Of a DNA stretch of 64,000 bases, positions 26,839-41,785 are shown piece by piece. The first letter of the stretch is position 1. Each line of letters begins with the position of its first letter. The stretch covers positions 32,426,001 to 32,490,000 of the forward strand of contig OZ231126.1 of the NCBI GenBank assembly GCA_965153355.1. The letters run 5' to 3'. The DNA is from Flaccisagitta enflata (taxonomy: Eukaryota). A model generated the notes under the pieces. That model saw only the letters and a list, made by a program, of their open reading frames with translations, was not told the origin of the DNA and did no database searches. The position numbers and the translations under genes were made by a program.

Positions 26839-26968
26839 AACTGGGTATTTTTTTCCCATTTCCAATGCCTGCGAGTCTCTCACACTATCTGCACAAATCC
26901 TCTATTTCTCCTCTTCCACTGACATGATAGAGATAGGTAGAAAAGTTACTGGGGAGCAAGGGCAAGTC

Positions 26969-27076
<108 letters not shown>

Positions 27077-28059
27077 TTAGAGATGCCAACAGACTGACAG
27101 AGGCTGTTTTAGACAGAGGTACAAATCAAGACAGACCGTCATACAGACAGAATGTTCAAAAGATACATAGACAGATAGATATTCTGAAAAACAAACAGAA
27201 AGAAAGTTCAGAGAGAAAGATGATGGAAGAGCTAAATTCTAAAAGAAGACACGCTAAAAAAACCTCAAGCCTCGAGCCAACGTTTCATCACCGGTGATAC
27301 TAGGAAAGGGAAAAGACAAACATTTTCTAATATACTCTATATTTCTATTTACGGCCTCACAAAAGCTTACACATAATGATATATCCCCATCAACTCTGCC
27401 GACATTTGCTCCCAGTAACAAACGCAGACTAGACTGTTGAGAAAGGTAAAAGGAGGAACTTACCCACGTGTAGTTGTAACTATTTTACGCGACTCTCTCA
27501 ACACGACTGTTTCATATCAAAGTTCCATGTTCTAGAACAGCTTTTTCTCGTTTTCTTCTCAGGTTTAACTAGCAATGAACTAGCTACAGAGAGAATGAGC
27601 ATAAACCACGCTGATAGTTGGTAGTTCAATACCAGTCCTTGGTACAAACATTTTGGATATGAAGTGAAGCACCGATATAGCGCTAATTAAGTCATCCCCG
27701 CCCACAAAGCGTTGCCTCTAAAAGTCCATGTCGTTTTTTCTACACAGAAAACAAGTCAACTTCGCTTTAAACCATCGTTTGTCCACTGATGACGAACATG
27801 GAATACTCAACTCTGGTAAAAGCGTACTTGTACTTAGAATTTGAAGTTTTGTCAAACTCTGATAATAATTTGTACGCTGGCTTGCTACCCTATCTTTTCT
27901 ATATTGAGTCAAACTTCTCATAACCCTCCCTCCCCCTCCTACCTCCCCCACCCCCACCCCCACCCCCAACCTTCATGCCGAACAGTGGTCGTAAATCTCC
28001 TCCATTTGTGCTCAACATCAGCTCAACCCTAGACCTAACTTTTTTCAAGCAAGTTGACA

Positions 28060-28118
<59 letters not shown>

Positions 28119-28401
28119 ATCCAATAAATGCAACATATTTCAACCGCTATTTTTTTTTATTTCATTTTCTTCTGTCTTCCTTCTTCCTTCTTCTTCTTCT
28201 TCTTCTTCTTCTTCTTCTTCTTCTTCTTCTTCTTCTTCTTCTTCTTCTTCTTCTTCTTTTTCCATCTCAACCTCATCTTCCCGCTGATGTTGGCATATCA
28301 AATGCGCAACTTGACTCAAGCTCTACCTGACGGCCATCGCGGAATATGAAATGATGATGTGATGAGGGTGACAACCATGAGGAAGAAAGAGACAGACAGA
28401 A

Positions 28402-28629
<228 letters not shown>

Positions 28630-29377
28630 AACTCTGTCCCCATCTTTTTTTGTGTCATTGCTTTTACTTTACCACTCTTTCCTCGTAATGTTGGGCAAAA
28701 CAGCACAGAAATTCAGAAAAAAAAGCAAAAAGCAAAGTGAAAAAAATTGAAAGTAGAAAGCTGATTGAGAACAGTTGAATACCACTCGGAATTTAGAAAT
28801 GTTACCGACCTACTGACCTACCAACCTACCTACCGACCGACACGGCAAGGTGTAGAGTAGCGTGTCCGCGACTAAAAAGCTAAAAGAAGAAAGCTGAATG
28901 AGGAAAGCTGTATGAGGAAGGCCGGATGAGAAAAACTGAATGAGAAAAACTGAATGAGAAAAGCTGAATGAAAAAGCTTGACAAGATAAGCTGAATGAGA
29001 AAAGCTTAACGAGAAAAGCTCACTGAGAAAAGCTGAAAGAAGAAAGCTGAATGAGAAAAGCTGTATGAGGAAAGCTGGATGACATAAGTTGAATGAGATC
29101 TACGGATTTTTTGAGCCTTCCACGGCATCTGCATCGAAATATTTTACTTGCTTATGCTGAAATACATTACATTACATTACATTTCAAAAACTGAATGAGA
29201 AAACTGAATGAGAAAAGCTAAGAGCGGAAAGCAGAATGAGAACTGCTGAATGAGAAAAGTGAGTGTAACTGAAAGTGACCAAAACCAATAAAGGAAATCT
29301 GAAGAGACTCATGACTGAAAGGGGAATGTTCCGAAAAAAAAAAGAGTTGAGAAAGACACTACCAATACCATTCAATG

Positions 29378-29449
<72 letters not shown>

Positions 29450-29601
29450 ACAGTCTGTCAGAGACAGTCTGTCAGAGACAGAGAAAGTCCACTGGGAATG
29501 TTTCACAAATTCATTTTGTCGTTCGCTTTTACCGGTCGCGCGGTCTTGTCTCACCATCAATAAGATGTGGTATCTCCGGCCTGGATTTTAGGAACGACTG
29601 G

Positions 29602-30220
29602 ATATGACGCACTGAAAAATACCATAGAATTTGCTACCCGAGCTAGATAAATCATGAAATTTATAAAATGAAATTTAATGATAATTTTTGTTTTTATGTT
29701 TTCAATTAAACTGTCAACAGCCATATTTTGCATGAATCGACTTGCATATGCCAGTTTTAAACTCCAATCCTTTAATTTTGAGCTGAAAAAATATGCAAAA
29801 TACAATAAAAAACTTCTTTTGTCAATGTACCATGGCTCATTGAAAATTTTAAATTTGCATAGAAAATCAAAATATCAACAAAACAAAAACATAGCGCGAT
29901 TCCTATAACATATGCTGAGGGCGCTATGTTCTTATTTTAATGATATTTGGATTTTTTATGCAAATTTAAAATTTTCAATGAGCAGTTTCTGAAATGATTG
30001 TCACTATTTTTTTCACTTTTTAGTCTCATTAAAATCGAATTTCCTTCAATCTTTTTGCATTTTTGTCATTTGACAGAAACAGTTCGGTTTCCTCATGTAA
30101 GTTTATACATTTCATTACAAAAAAATAAACACAAGCATTGACGTAAGCAAAAATAGTGAAGTGAATGGTAACTTTGTCCTCTGGGTAAGTTCCTCTTACT
30201 TTAATTTCAGTGCGTCATAT
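29602..30220. mobile_element. Putative non-autonomous DNA transposon with 16-bp TIR
   Basis: atatgacgcactgaaa ... tttcagtgcgtcatat, AT-rich interior with an internal inverted repeat. Confidence 0.6.
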
Positions 30221-30610
30221 GAACAATGACTCTTTTAGGAATAAGTAAGCAGAACACGGTTAGAGACGCCAAGTCAGGGACAAGTGGTCAGAATAAGTGT
30301 TATACAGGTAGGTTGACTTGCTAATTGTTATCCTGGCCACTGTTCCATTTTAAAACAAATTCCCAACTCAGCATGAACATCATTGAAGAACTTCTCTACC
30401 TCAAGGGCGCCTAAAATGATTGAGAACCAAGTGGTCTGAGACTGTGAATGAGACTGGGAATGAGGCAAAGACTGAAACTGAATGTGAAACTGATAGTAAA
30501 ATATAGAACGAGACTGATGCTAACATAAATACTGAGCCTGAAACCAAGACCAAAAAAGTGCCAAGACTGACTTTGAGACTTGAGATTAAGACACAAAGTT
30601 ATACTGAAGC

Positions 30611-30693
<83 letters not shown>

Positions 30694-31327
30694 AAGAGAG
30701 ACGGAGCGACTAAGAGAACGAGAGAGAAAGAGAAACTGGAGAGACGGTGAGTCCAATAGATAAGAGACACATAAGAGATACAGACACAGACAGCTTGACA
30801 TCTTTGGAAAGACAGAGGATCACAGACGCAAAGAGACAATGAGAAAGATATTTGGAATTATAAGTTTCAGGGTGAATAAGGGAAATGGTAAGAAACATGA
30901 CGAGTGACGACAAAGGGAACCTCTCCATCTCAATTCTGACACCTCTTTATCTGAAATCTTGACATTTCTATTTCTTCATGACTTCTTGTCACCTTTTTTA
31001 TCCTCATAACTGAATTTTTTTTCCACGCGTTCCCACTCGCGACAGTGACTGTGATAGAGATGGAAAATTCGAAATGAACCTTTCATGAAAAATACCGACT
31101 TTCAAGTGGCGTGTATGATACGCTTTCGTCTATAGTCAATAGCCAATTCTGTCGCTGCCCATTGCCCTCTTGCATGATATAGCTTCGCTATTTTGGGCGG
31201 TCATCATCACAGTCTCATGTATCTTCCGGTCCATCAATGACTTAGGTACGTAGCTCTTTTGCATTTTGTGGTTGCAAATGTGTGCAAGTTGTGCAACTGT
31301 GATTAACAAATTTAGCATGAAGATATA

Positions 31328-31833
31328 CAGTCAGTGGACAAAACAAAATAGGTAGAGAGCTCACTCTGTTGACTTTGATCCAACCTACTGTTATCAAACA
31401 GCAGGCTGTAAATAACAACTGGTTGTAAAAAAAAAAACCGGCTGTCCTCTTACAAAGTCGGCAAAAATCCAAACTAAATATAACAGAACTTGACTAGTGA
31501 CTAGCATATTTATAATCCTGATGAAATGCTGAGAAGTTTGACATATCACACTTAACTATTTTTATAAGAAATAATCTTTAAACATTGTATTATAACTTTA
31601 TTAAACATTGATAGTTTTTTTTATTCTTATATTAAAGTACATGTTGTGACACATCAAACTTGTCAGAATTTCACCAGAATTATGAATTTGCAGGTCTTGT
31701 TCTATTTGGAGAAAGTTGGATTTTTGCCGACTTTATAGCATGACAGCCGGCTGTAATTTTCGGATCAAATAGATCAAATGGATCAAAGCTAACAGAGTGA
31801 GCTCTCTACCTATTTTGTTTTGTCCACTGACTG
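31328..31833. mobile_element. MITE, ~40-bp perfect TIR (CAGTCAGTGGACA family)
   Basis: cagtcagtggacaaaacaaaataggtagagagctcactctgtt and its exact reverse complement; flanked TATA/TATA. Confidence 0.92.
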
Positions 31834-33235
31834 TATATGTTTGATATGAAGACAGAAGACAAAGACGATTTTTTCAGATTTAAATATGAGGCAAATATTC
31901 ATAGTGGCCTATATCTAAATATTAAATGGTTTTGCCAAAAAAAAATTGGAATACATCCTATGTGGATGGTAACCTTATTGTCCATTTCTGCTTTCTTCTC
32001 CCTCCATTCTCCTCGCTTGGGGTCCCATTCCACCTGCTCTCAACTAAAGCGCTCCAGAGGCATCCATGAGCATCTCCACGTGCTAATTCTTTGATTCTCT
32101 CCCCAGTTCTTTGTCTTCCCTTTGTATAGTCTTCCCTCGCAACAACGGCTACAAACAACAACGTCCTGAAAAGGGAAAATCCAAGCGCCAGTACTTATCT
32201 TTGCGATTCTCCTCTTAGCTCCTTTCCTTCCCTTTGTATAGTCCCCCCTCGCAACAAGTGCTACAAACAACAACGTCTTGAAAGCATTGAGACTCGAAAA
32301 CGTTACCCTACTTCTCCCTTAACCTTTTGACGCTCTGAAACGCAGATGTAAACACTTTCTCTTCAAATATCCGCCACGTTTTCAGTTTTGCCTTTGCTCA
32401 TACATTTTTTCCAGTCTCAGCTGCAGTTTTTACTTTCGCATCCTCTTTTTCATGTTTTCTTTTTTTTTTTGCAGTTCCTTGGCTCGATTGGTCGGTCGGT
32501 CGGTCTGAGAGTTATACCACTTGTCTAAGGCATCCAAATCATCGTATCCTTGGTAAAGTGTCCGGCACTCACCACTCATCAGATACATCCATTTATAAGG
32601 TACTGTTCAGTCATTTGTTATTGGTGACAGTTTACCGAAACCATTTTTAGATGCGTCCACGCATCTCTATAAGAGGCTTTGTCCGTCTGTCCGTCCGTCC
32701 GTCCGTCTGTCCGTCCGTCCGTCCGTCCGTCCGTCCGTCCGTCCGTCCGTCCGTCCGTCCGTCCGTCCGTCCGTCCGTCCGTCCGTCCGTCCGTCCGTCC
32801 GTCGGTTGGTGGGTCCATGGTGATCAAGTTGAGAATGATGAAAATGCATAGAATCTTGGAAATATCTCAGATTATTGCATCATTTCACAAGGTTGATGCA
32901 ATATTGCATCATTCTAAACAAGCTAAGCCACATGTGGACGCATCGTTGTACCCCCGGGGTACTTGTTATCATGAGTGTCGTTACTAACGGTAAAGTTGAC
33001 TTTCATGGAGCGATATACTCGAAATTACGCAGAAAATATTCATGTTTCCTTCTTTCTAGAATTTCCTAGGCCCCGGTCGTAATTCATGTTTGGTGGAATA
33101 GCAGATTCTCTTCACAGACTCGCCCAAAAATAGACTCTTATGCCAAAACCTCACCCGTAAATCTCTTTATTCCCTCACCCGATGACTGTTCTAACGACGG
33201 AACAACCACGCGTTTCTGCGGCTCAATTTCGCACA

Positions 33236-33401
<166 letters not shown>

Positions 33402-33438
33402 CGTGCGCGTGTGCGCGTGTGCGTGTGCGTTTGTGTGT

Positions 33439-33472
<34 letters not shown>

Positions 33473-34652
33473 GGGTTAGATGCTTGTTTTTCAGCGTGTG
33501 TTTAAGTGCGTGTGAAAGTAATATTCATTTTTCTGTTGGGGTAGGGCTTTGGTTTCTCCTGATCATATTGTTTACACCTTCCAATCGTTGCCATACTTGT
33601 CTCAATGTTCTTTGTCTCGTTTGTCTGTCATTCCTTCGTCTTTGGCTTTGTCTCTATCTCTGCCTCATTCACCTTTATGTGTTAGTCTGTGTCTTTGTCT
33701 CCTTTGCCTTTATTTTCAATGTCTCCATCTCTGTCTTATTCTCCTTTATTTTTCATGTCCCTCTCTTTTCCTCCACGCTATTTCTCATTTTCGGCGCCTT
33801 TTGTTAGAAGATTCTCCCAGATTCGCCGAAACAAGTTTTGTTGCCAAAGACTGATGATATCTTATCAGCCTACGCCTGGGCTTTTATTCACGTCTAAACT
33901 TATAAATATCTGATTGTCTTTCCATTCTGTCATTTATGTCTGTCTGTCTGGTGCTCTGCTTCGTTTGAACTTGATTTCTTTCCCTTACACATGTCTAACA
34001 GTTAGGGGGAAAACATTTCATACATCTTACTGGGCCTACTAAAAGTAGACTCTTCTTGCAATTCCACCTGTCATACTACTCAGTACCTTGGATTAGAATG
34101 TCCGGCGGTCCCGTTAGGCTTGACCTCGATTCTATCCTTTAAGGGTATGGTTTCTTAACAATGTTACCCTCGGGTGATTTGTTGAATTTTGGTTAAATGG
34201 GTAACAATCATCTGCCCTTATCTATTTGGTAAGCTCCAGTGTTTTGGGTTAGACTTAAAATGGTTGTTTGCTAAATTAGTTTTGCAAGATGGAAAACTAG
34301 GAGTGATGCGCCTAGTAACTAGTCAGTGAGGGCTCACAAGGCTCTCTTCCATTTTTTTCAGTATGGGTATAGCGAGGGATATTGTTCCACCTGTCATACT
34401 CACGTGTTTTTCCCGCCTAATAGTCAGACATGTGTCTTGTCCATGTATTTGTCTGTGTCTGTATTCCGTTTATAAGTCTATAAGTCGGTCTTTATGTAAG
34501 TCAGTCTCACTGTCTGTCTGTCTCACATTTTGTCTTTCTCAAAGTTACTTTCTGTGTCTGTCTGTGTCTGTCTGTGTCTGTCTGTGTCTGTCTGTGTCTG
34601 TCTGTGTCTGTCTGTGTCTGTCTGTGTCTGTCTGTGTCTGTCTGTCTGTCTG

Positions 34653-34733
<81 letters not shown>

Positions 34734-35019
34734 ATGATTATATCTTTTGCAAGCCCATGCTTTAGTTTTGTCATATCTTGTGCCCTGGATAGGAAGAATG
34801 AAAAAGAGAAGGGAAGAACAAAAAAAAAAAAAAAAAAAAAAAAAACAACAAAAACTGCTAGTCATTCTTTTTTATGGTGGATAGTTTTATTCGGCACTTT
34901 TTATGTCTCTCTATCTCTTTTATTAACGGTCTGTCTGTCCTCCTGCCATGCCTGTATTTGTTTGTCTGTCTCTGTCTCTTTGTCTGTTTCTCTGTCGCCC
35001 TGTCGCTCTATCTCTCTGA

Positions 35020-35088
<69 letters not shown>

Positions 35089-35366
35089 CTCCGTTGCATT
35101 CTCAATGTTGTTCTCTCTTTTGTTTTAAAGTGGCCCTTTTCTTTATCTCCTTCAAATTCAAGATTTAGAGCCTTCTCCTTGAAACGGGTAACAAGTGAAA
35201 TGCTGCTCTTTTTGAGTGTTTTAGTTTCTCTTTTAGCGTGTTTCCACTTGTCTGTTTGTATCTGTCTGTCTGTTTCTGTATCTGCATCTATCGTTCTTTC
35301 AGAATACAAGCGGGCAGTACGTGAGATGTCTCATTGAGATGATGCTCGATTGGAGGGGTGGGTACC

Positions 35367-35530
35367 CTTAGTGCGACTTTCTCACTGGAGGGAATTTTTT
35401 CTCACTAAAATTCCCTCCAGTGAGATTATTTTTTTGTCTCACTAAAGGGAATTTTAGTGAGAAAAAATTCCCTCCAGTGAGACTACCAATTTTCCCTCTA
35501 GTGAGACTAATTTTTCCCTTTAGTGAGAAA
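35367..35530. repeat. Short palindromic foldback-like repeat (tctcactggagggaattt / aaattccctccagtgaga); second copy 48840-49025
   Basis: Several direct and inverted copies of the motif at both loci. Confidence 0.7.
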
Positions 35531-35569
35531 GGAAAAAAGGAAAGAGAAAAACGAAAGAGAGTTAAAAAA

Positions 35570-35638
<69 letters not shown>

Positions 35639-35893
35639 AACAGAGGGAGAGATAGACAGAAGAAAACAACCAGATAAGCTATCGGATGTTTTTTTCTCAA
35701 ATGATACTACAGCGCTCTCGATGGGGCTTTCTTTAAATTCTTATACAAGGATGATTCTCCTCATTTTCACTCAAATGCACGCGACTTTACACTACGTTGG
35801 TTGGTTGGTCAGTCATTTTCCCATATTTGTCTGTCCATCTGTCTCAAATATTATCAAATTTTGGATTATTCAATCTGTTTTAAGGAAAAGATA

Positions 35894-36722
35894 ACAAGTC
35901 ATCCAAGGATTGCACATGGTCAGCGGTACCCGATGCCCTGCTTGAAGTGATTAACTGAAGAAGTGGAGTGAGAGCAGGGCAGCGGCCCCAAAGGGCCGAT
36001 GTCCTGTAGGACACAGGGGTGAATTTCCATACGTCCTGAGAGGGCATGTTTGGGGTAATTTTCCGTGATATTCATTGGGAATTTTGCATTTTTTTTTTAT
36101 TTCTTTTCAATTTGCCATGTTATTCAATGGGAATTTGAGGCCTAAGAGGCTGGATTTGAGGCCCAAGAGGCTGGATTTGAGGCCCAAGAGGCTGGATTTG
36201 AGGCTTGAGAGGTGGGATTTGAGGCCTGTGAGGCTGGATTTGAGGCCTGAAAGGCTGGATTTGAGGCTTGAGAGGCCAGATTTGAGGCCTGAGAGGTCAG
36301 ATTTGAGGCCTGTGAGGCTGGATTTGAGGCCTGAGAGGCTGGATTTGAGGCCTGAGAGGCTAGATTTGAGGCCTGGGAGGCCAGATTTGAGGCCTGAGAG
36401 GCCAGATTTGAGGCCTGAGAGGCTGGGTTTGAGGCCTGAAAGGCTAGATTTGAGGCCTGAGAGGCCAGATTTGAGGCCTGAGAGGCCTGATTTGAGGCCT
36501 GAGAGGCTGGATTTGAGGCCTGAAAGGCTAGATTTGAGGCCTGAGAGGCCAGATTTGAGGCTTGAGAGGCCGGATTTGAGGCCTGAGAGGCTGGATTTGA
36601 GGCCTGAGAGGCTTGAGAAGCTTCGGAGGGGGGACGTACGGACATACGGACGGACGGACGTACGGAAATTCACCCCTGTGTCCTACAGGACATCGGCCCT
36701 TTGGGGCCGCTGCCCAAAAAAA
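35894..36722 (+). mobile_element. Family A HINE-like element carrying a 21-bp satellite array (~23 units)
   Basis: Subterminal IR gggcagcggccccaaagggccgatgtcctgtaggacacaggggtgaatttcc (~35977) inverted at ~36664-36715; (gaggctggatttgaggcctga)n at 36131-36612; GGAC microsatellite. Confidence 0.8.
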
Positions 36723-38651
36723 GGAAGAAATGAAGTAAGTAAGGAAGAAAGGGAGGAATGGAAGGAAAAAAGGAGGAATGGAAGGATGGCAAGAAGGACG
36801 GAATGCAAGAAAGGAAAGAAGGTGGGAATTGAAGGAAAGAAGAGAGAAAGAAAGGAAGGAAAGAATAGAAAGAAGGGAGGAATGGAAAAGATAGAGTGAA
36901 AGGAAGGAAGGAAGGAATGAATAACAGGTCGCCCAAGGGCAATATGTGAATTGGAGTGAGGGGAAGCAGGGCAGCGGCCCCGAAGGGGACGATGTCCTGT
37001 AGAACACAGGGGGACTTTTGTTCGTTTGTTTGTCCGTCCGTCTCCCCCAGGCCCTCTCAGGCCTGAAATCTGCCCTCTCAGGCCTGAAATCTACCCTCTC
37101 AGGCCTAAAATCTACCCTCTCAGGCCTAAAATCTGCGCTCTCAGGCTGGGAGGGGAAACATAAGGCCTGAGGACTTAAAGCCAGCCTGGGGGGCAGGGGC
37201 ATTAGCCGGAATGAGCCTGCCCTTTGCCCCTGACCATTTACATTACCTTTTCATAACAGTTGGAACTAAGGTTAACCATCTCCTTCATTTTTCTTTCCCT
37301 TCTGGTTCCTGATCGTTTATCAACTCTACTCTCCTATCTACTGAGGAGGAAAAAGACTGCCCCTGCCCTTTGCCTCTCTGTCTCTTCCCCACCTGCCTCT
37401 GCCAATGCTGCTGCCATCTCAACCCATACAACCATCGCCCTTCTCCATCCCGCTGCCGATGCCGATGCCAACTCCACCTGTATGTATGCCCATAACCTTC
37501 ATAGCTGTACAACCATCTTCCTATCTTCCACTACCGCTGCCTTTGCCGACTGAACCCTTATCTTCTGCTGCTGCCGCTGCCGCTGCCGCTGCCGCTGCCG
37601 CTGAAGATGTCACCCATATAGCCAATTGCCCATATGCCGATGCCCATATGCCGATGCCGCTGCCGACTCTCCCTGTAAGCTCATGACATTCATACCTGCT
37701 GCTGCTGCCGCTGCCGCTGCCGCTTCCGCTGCTACCACCGCTGCCGCTGCCGCTGCGGATTCATCTTATGTGATTTTCACCCTCCTACCTGCCAATGCCG
37801 CTGCCGCTGCCGACTCAACCTGTGGAACCATCACTCTTCTACTTGACAAAGCCGATACCGATGCCGACTCTACCTGTGTGCCCATAATCTTCATAGCTGT
37901 ATATTCATTTTCTTATCTGCTGCTGCCGATGCCGCTGCCGCTGCCGCTGCCGCTGCCGCATCAACTCATATGACCATCAGCTCTCTTCCTGCTGCTGTCC
38001 TTGCAATTGCTTACTCTATCTACCTTCATATCTGCTGCTGCTGCCTGTCATTACCGCTGCCGCAGCCGCTGCCGCAGCCGCGGCATATTCTATGATCGTG
38101 AACTTTCTTACTGCCGTTGCCGATGCCACTGCCGACTCTACCCATACGACCATAGTCCTCATGCTTACCGTTGCCGCTGCCGCTGCCGATGCCAACTCTA
38201 CCTATAAGCCCATCACCTTCAAGTCCTTCACACCTGCCGCTGCCGATGCCGCCGCCGATGCCGACTGACCCCCCCCCCACCGCCCTCTCCTGGCAACTCT
38301 AATACCATACCGTATTTCCTCTAATTAGCGCCCCCCTCCTCTTTTGAAAAAATTCTCATCTCAGCTGTGCTTTTCATTTCATTGAAAATTATCAAATATT
38401 CAGTTATTTATTGGGTTTTCTTAATATCTCACTTAATGCATGGATCTTTCTGTTGAAATCATACATCTTTATTTTTTTCCTACCCTAAATCTTTAGTTTT
38501 ATTCACTTCACAGTATTTCATTCTTTTGGCCAACCCATGCAGGGGCGCGCCAAATAGGAGTGTAAAGAGTAATTTGATATTCTTTTTCATTTTTTGTGTT
38601 TCCAAGGCCAATTAGGAACATTAGCATACTCATTTACCGTATACCAATGCC

Positions 38652-38748
<97 letters not shown>

Positions 38749-40425
38749 ATGATTTTGTACCAACTTCTTCTTTTTCTTTTTCTTTTTCTTTTTCTTTTTT
38801 TTTTCTTTATCTTCTTCTTTTTCTTTTTCTTTATCTTCTTCTTTATCTTCTTCTTTTTCTTTTTATCTCTCTTATCTCTTCTTCTTCTTCTTCTTCTTCT
38901 TCCTTCTTCTCTTCTTTTCATTTTGTTTTCTCTTTGTTGCTGTTCATCCTGATTTGAAAGGTTGCATTTTTCCCACATTACTTCCACGCATTTTGTACCA
39001 ACTTTTCTTTTTCTTTTTCTTTTTCTTTTTGTCGTGTGCACGCGACTCTACACCTTGCCGTGTCGGTCGGTATTTGGCCGGTAGCCCTGGTCGGTAGGTC
39101 ACATTTAAAATTATGACTTTTGAAGGTTTTTGTATATTTAAATATACTCTAGGGTATGTCTGGGCAATTTTAGGGTACTCAGGGTATTTCAGGGTACTTA
39201 GTTATTTTAGGTACCTAAGGTATTTTAGGTTACTATCATATATTTTGGGTACTTTTTGGGTATTTTTGAGTATTGTTGAGTATAAATGGGTATTTTGAGT
39301 TTTGGCATTTTTGGGTATATCGGGTATTTTGGGTATTTTGGGGTATCAACTGGGTATTTTTGGGTATTTTGGGTATTTTGTCAACTCTTTATTGGACACT
39401 CGTTATTATTGGTCTGAAATGTAAACTTTTTGGGACAGACGTTACAGCATGAAGTTAAAGCAGCTTATGTAGTATGAGGTTGTAGGTGTGGACCTTTCAG
39501 AGATAGTAATGTGCAAGATGTGTGTGGGCATGTGGGCATGTAACATGGCAGCATGTGGCAGCATGGGCACGTGCAAGAATGTGGGCATGTGGAGATGTAG
39601 GCAAAGTGGCATGTAAGCATGTAAGTGTGGTTAATGCATATGGTCATGGTGGGCAGGCATAGGCAAAGGGCATGTATAAGTATGTAGCATATGGCATGTG
39701 GGCAAGTATTTAAGTAAGTATGTGGTACATGTAAGAAGTATGTGGGCATGTATCTATGTAGCATGTGTGTGTGTGTGTATGTATATGTAAGTATGTGGCA
39801 TGTATATATGTATGTATGTATGTATATATGCATGTATGTAATTGCTATGTGGGCATGGCATGTATGAAAGTATGTGAAGTATATGGGGCATGTAACCAAG
39901 TATGTATGTAAGTACATGTATATGTGGGTACGTAGTATGTATGTGTAAGTATATATAAAATATATATGTATGTATGTATATGTAAATATGTAAGTATGTA
40001 ATAAGGTAATGTATGTCATGCATGTATATGTAAGTATGTGTATATGTGTAATATGTAGTATATACATGTGTATAAGTATGTGTAGTATGTTGGAGTATGT
40101 GTTCAGGTAGTTGTGTGTAGTATGAAGTTGTGTAGTTTTGTGCAACTTAGCACGCGACTGTTGGCCTGTTGGGCTTGTTCTTTTTCTTCTTCTTTCATTT
40201 GCCTTTCTTCCTTTGCTGTTGTTCTCAGACGGATTTGAAAGGTTGCATTTTCCCTATATTACTTCCATGATTTTGTAACAACTTCTTTTTCTTTTCTTTT
40301 CTTTTCTTTTCTTTTTTCTTCTTTTCTTTTCTTCTTCTTTTTCTTCTTCTTCTTCTTTTTCATTTGCTTTTCTCTTTTGTTGCTGATCTCGATTTGATTT
40401 GAAAGGTTGCATTTCTTCCCCATGA

Positions 40426-41020
40426 CAGGGTGTGCAAAATTATCCGCACTTGTACCATAGAAAGAAAATCATACTTATAATTGACCCAGGACTATATAAT
40501 TTGAGCCAGAGTATCTCAGTTAATCATACTAGAAGGTAGAATTGATTGTAGGTCTTTTCTAAATTCCTTGTCACTATGGGAGTTAAATGATTTGAAGCAA
40601 AAATTTTGATTTTGACCAGATTTTATTTTATACGCAAAATAGGTCACAAAATCATAGATTTTTGTATTTGTAACCACTTCATAGTGACGCTCTTAGCTTG
40701 GCACACACTATGCTGAGGGAGGTAATTTAAATAAACATCAATGGAGCTTAGAAATCCAAATAAACTAAGCCTACAGGACAAGAAAAACTAACAACAGGAT
40801 TTCAGGTTGTTTTTTTATGATTCTTTTAAAGGAGTGTTTTAAGTTAATCCAATTTACCTGAAAAGTTTTGTTTCAGACTTTGTTATTCTCTGTGAATTTT
40901 GGTTTTGAATGCTAAAAGAGATACTTTTTTATATCTATCTTTTATGCATACAAAAATCATTTTTTCTACAGGTTTTTTTGAAAATAAAACTGCCTTGTGC
41001 GGATAATTTTGCACACCCTG
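40426..41020. mobile_element. MITE with ~25-bp TIR
   Basis: cagggtgtgcaaaattatccgcac ... gtgcggataattttgcacaccctg. Confidence 0.85.
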
Positions 41021-41259
41021 TTATTACTTCCACATGTTCTCTTGTTAGTCGCGGACACGCGACTCTACACCTTGCCGCGTTGGTCGGTAGGTCGGTCTTC
41101 ATCCATCCATCACATTTTGAATTCCAGTTGCCAGATTAAGCTCCAGCCCAACCACCGTGATCAAGACTAAGCGCGCATTCGGCCGGCTTTATGGAGGGTT
41201 ATAACACAGACGTACAAGCTGCATCCAGACGATAGGGGGGATAACAAATCTTCACAACT

Positions 41260-41322
<63 letters not shown>

Positions 41323-41601
41323 TGATTGTGTCTGGGTCTAAATGAGAAAAATGATATCACTTAAATGCCGTGAAGACAAAGAGTCAAACGTGATTGATGA
41401 CCTTAAAGACATGATAGAAAATAAGCTCGCATCAACCATGCTTTCATTTCCGTAAATTTTTTGCCTAAATTCAATTACACAAGTGGATTCAAAAAGGCCA
41501 GCTGTCATTACAATCTTTGCCAAACGCAGATCCATAAAAACAGAACAGAACAGTCTCAAAGAAATGACGATGATGATGATGATGATGACGATGACAATGA
41601 C

Positions 41602-41659
<58 letters not shown>

Positions 41660-41746
41660 GTGATGCACTTTTATATCCAAATTACACTCAACTTTTTTTA
41701 CATGTACATATAGTGATGCAAGGACAAATCTAAGGATGGAGAGAAA

Positions 41747-41785
<39 letters not shown>

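Noticed and set aside
32540-32590. Minus-strand CTGATGA as a hammerhead ribozyme core
   Set aside because: No stem II closed by GAAA and no supporting helices.
36075-36899. 274-aa ORF with LRPERLD heptads
   Set aside because: Product of the 21-bp satellite in a dispersed non-coding element; several frames are open.
39465-40145. 226-aa His/Tyr/Thr-rich ORF
   Set aside because: Degenerate (TATG)n low-complexity interior of an expanded family B element.
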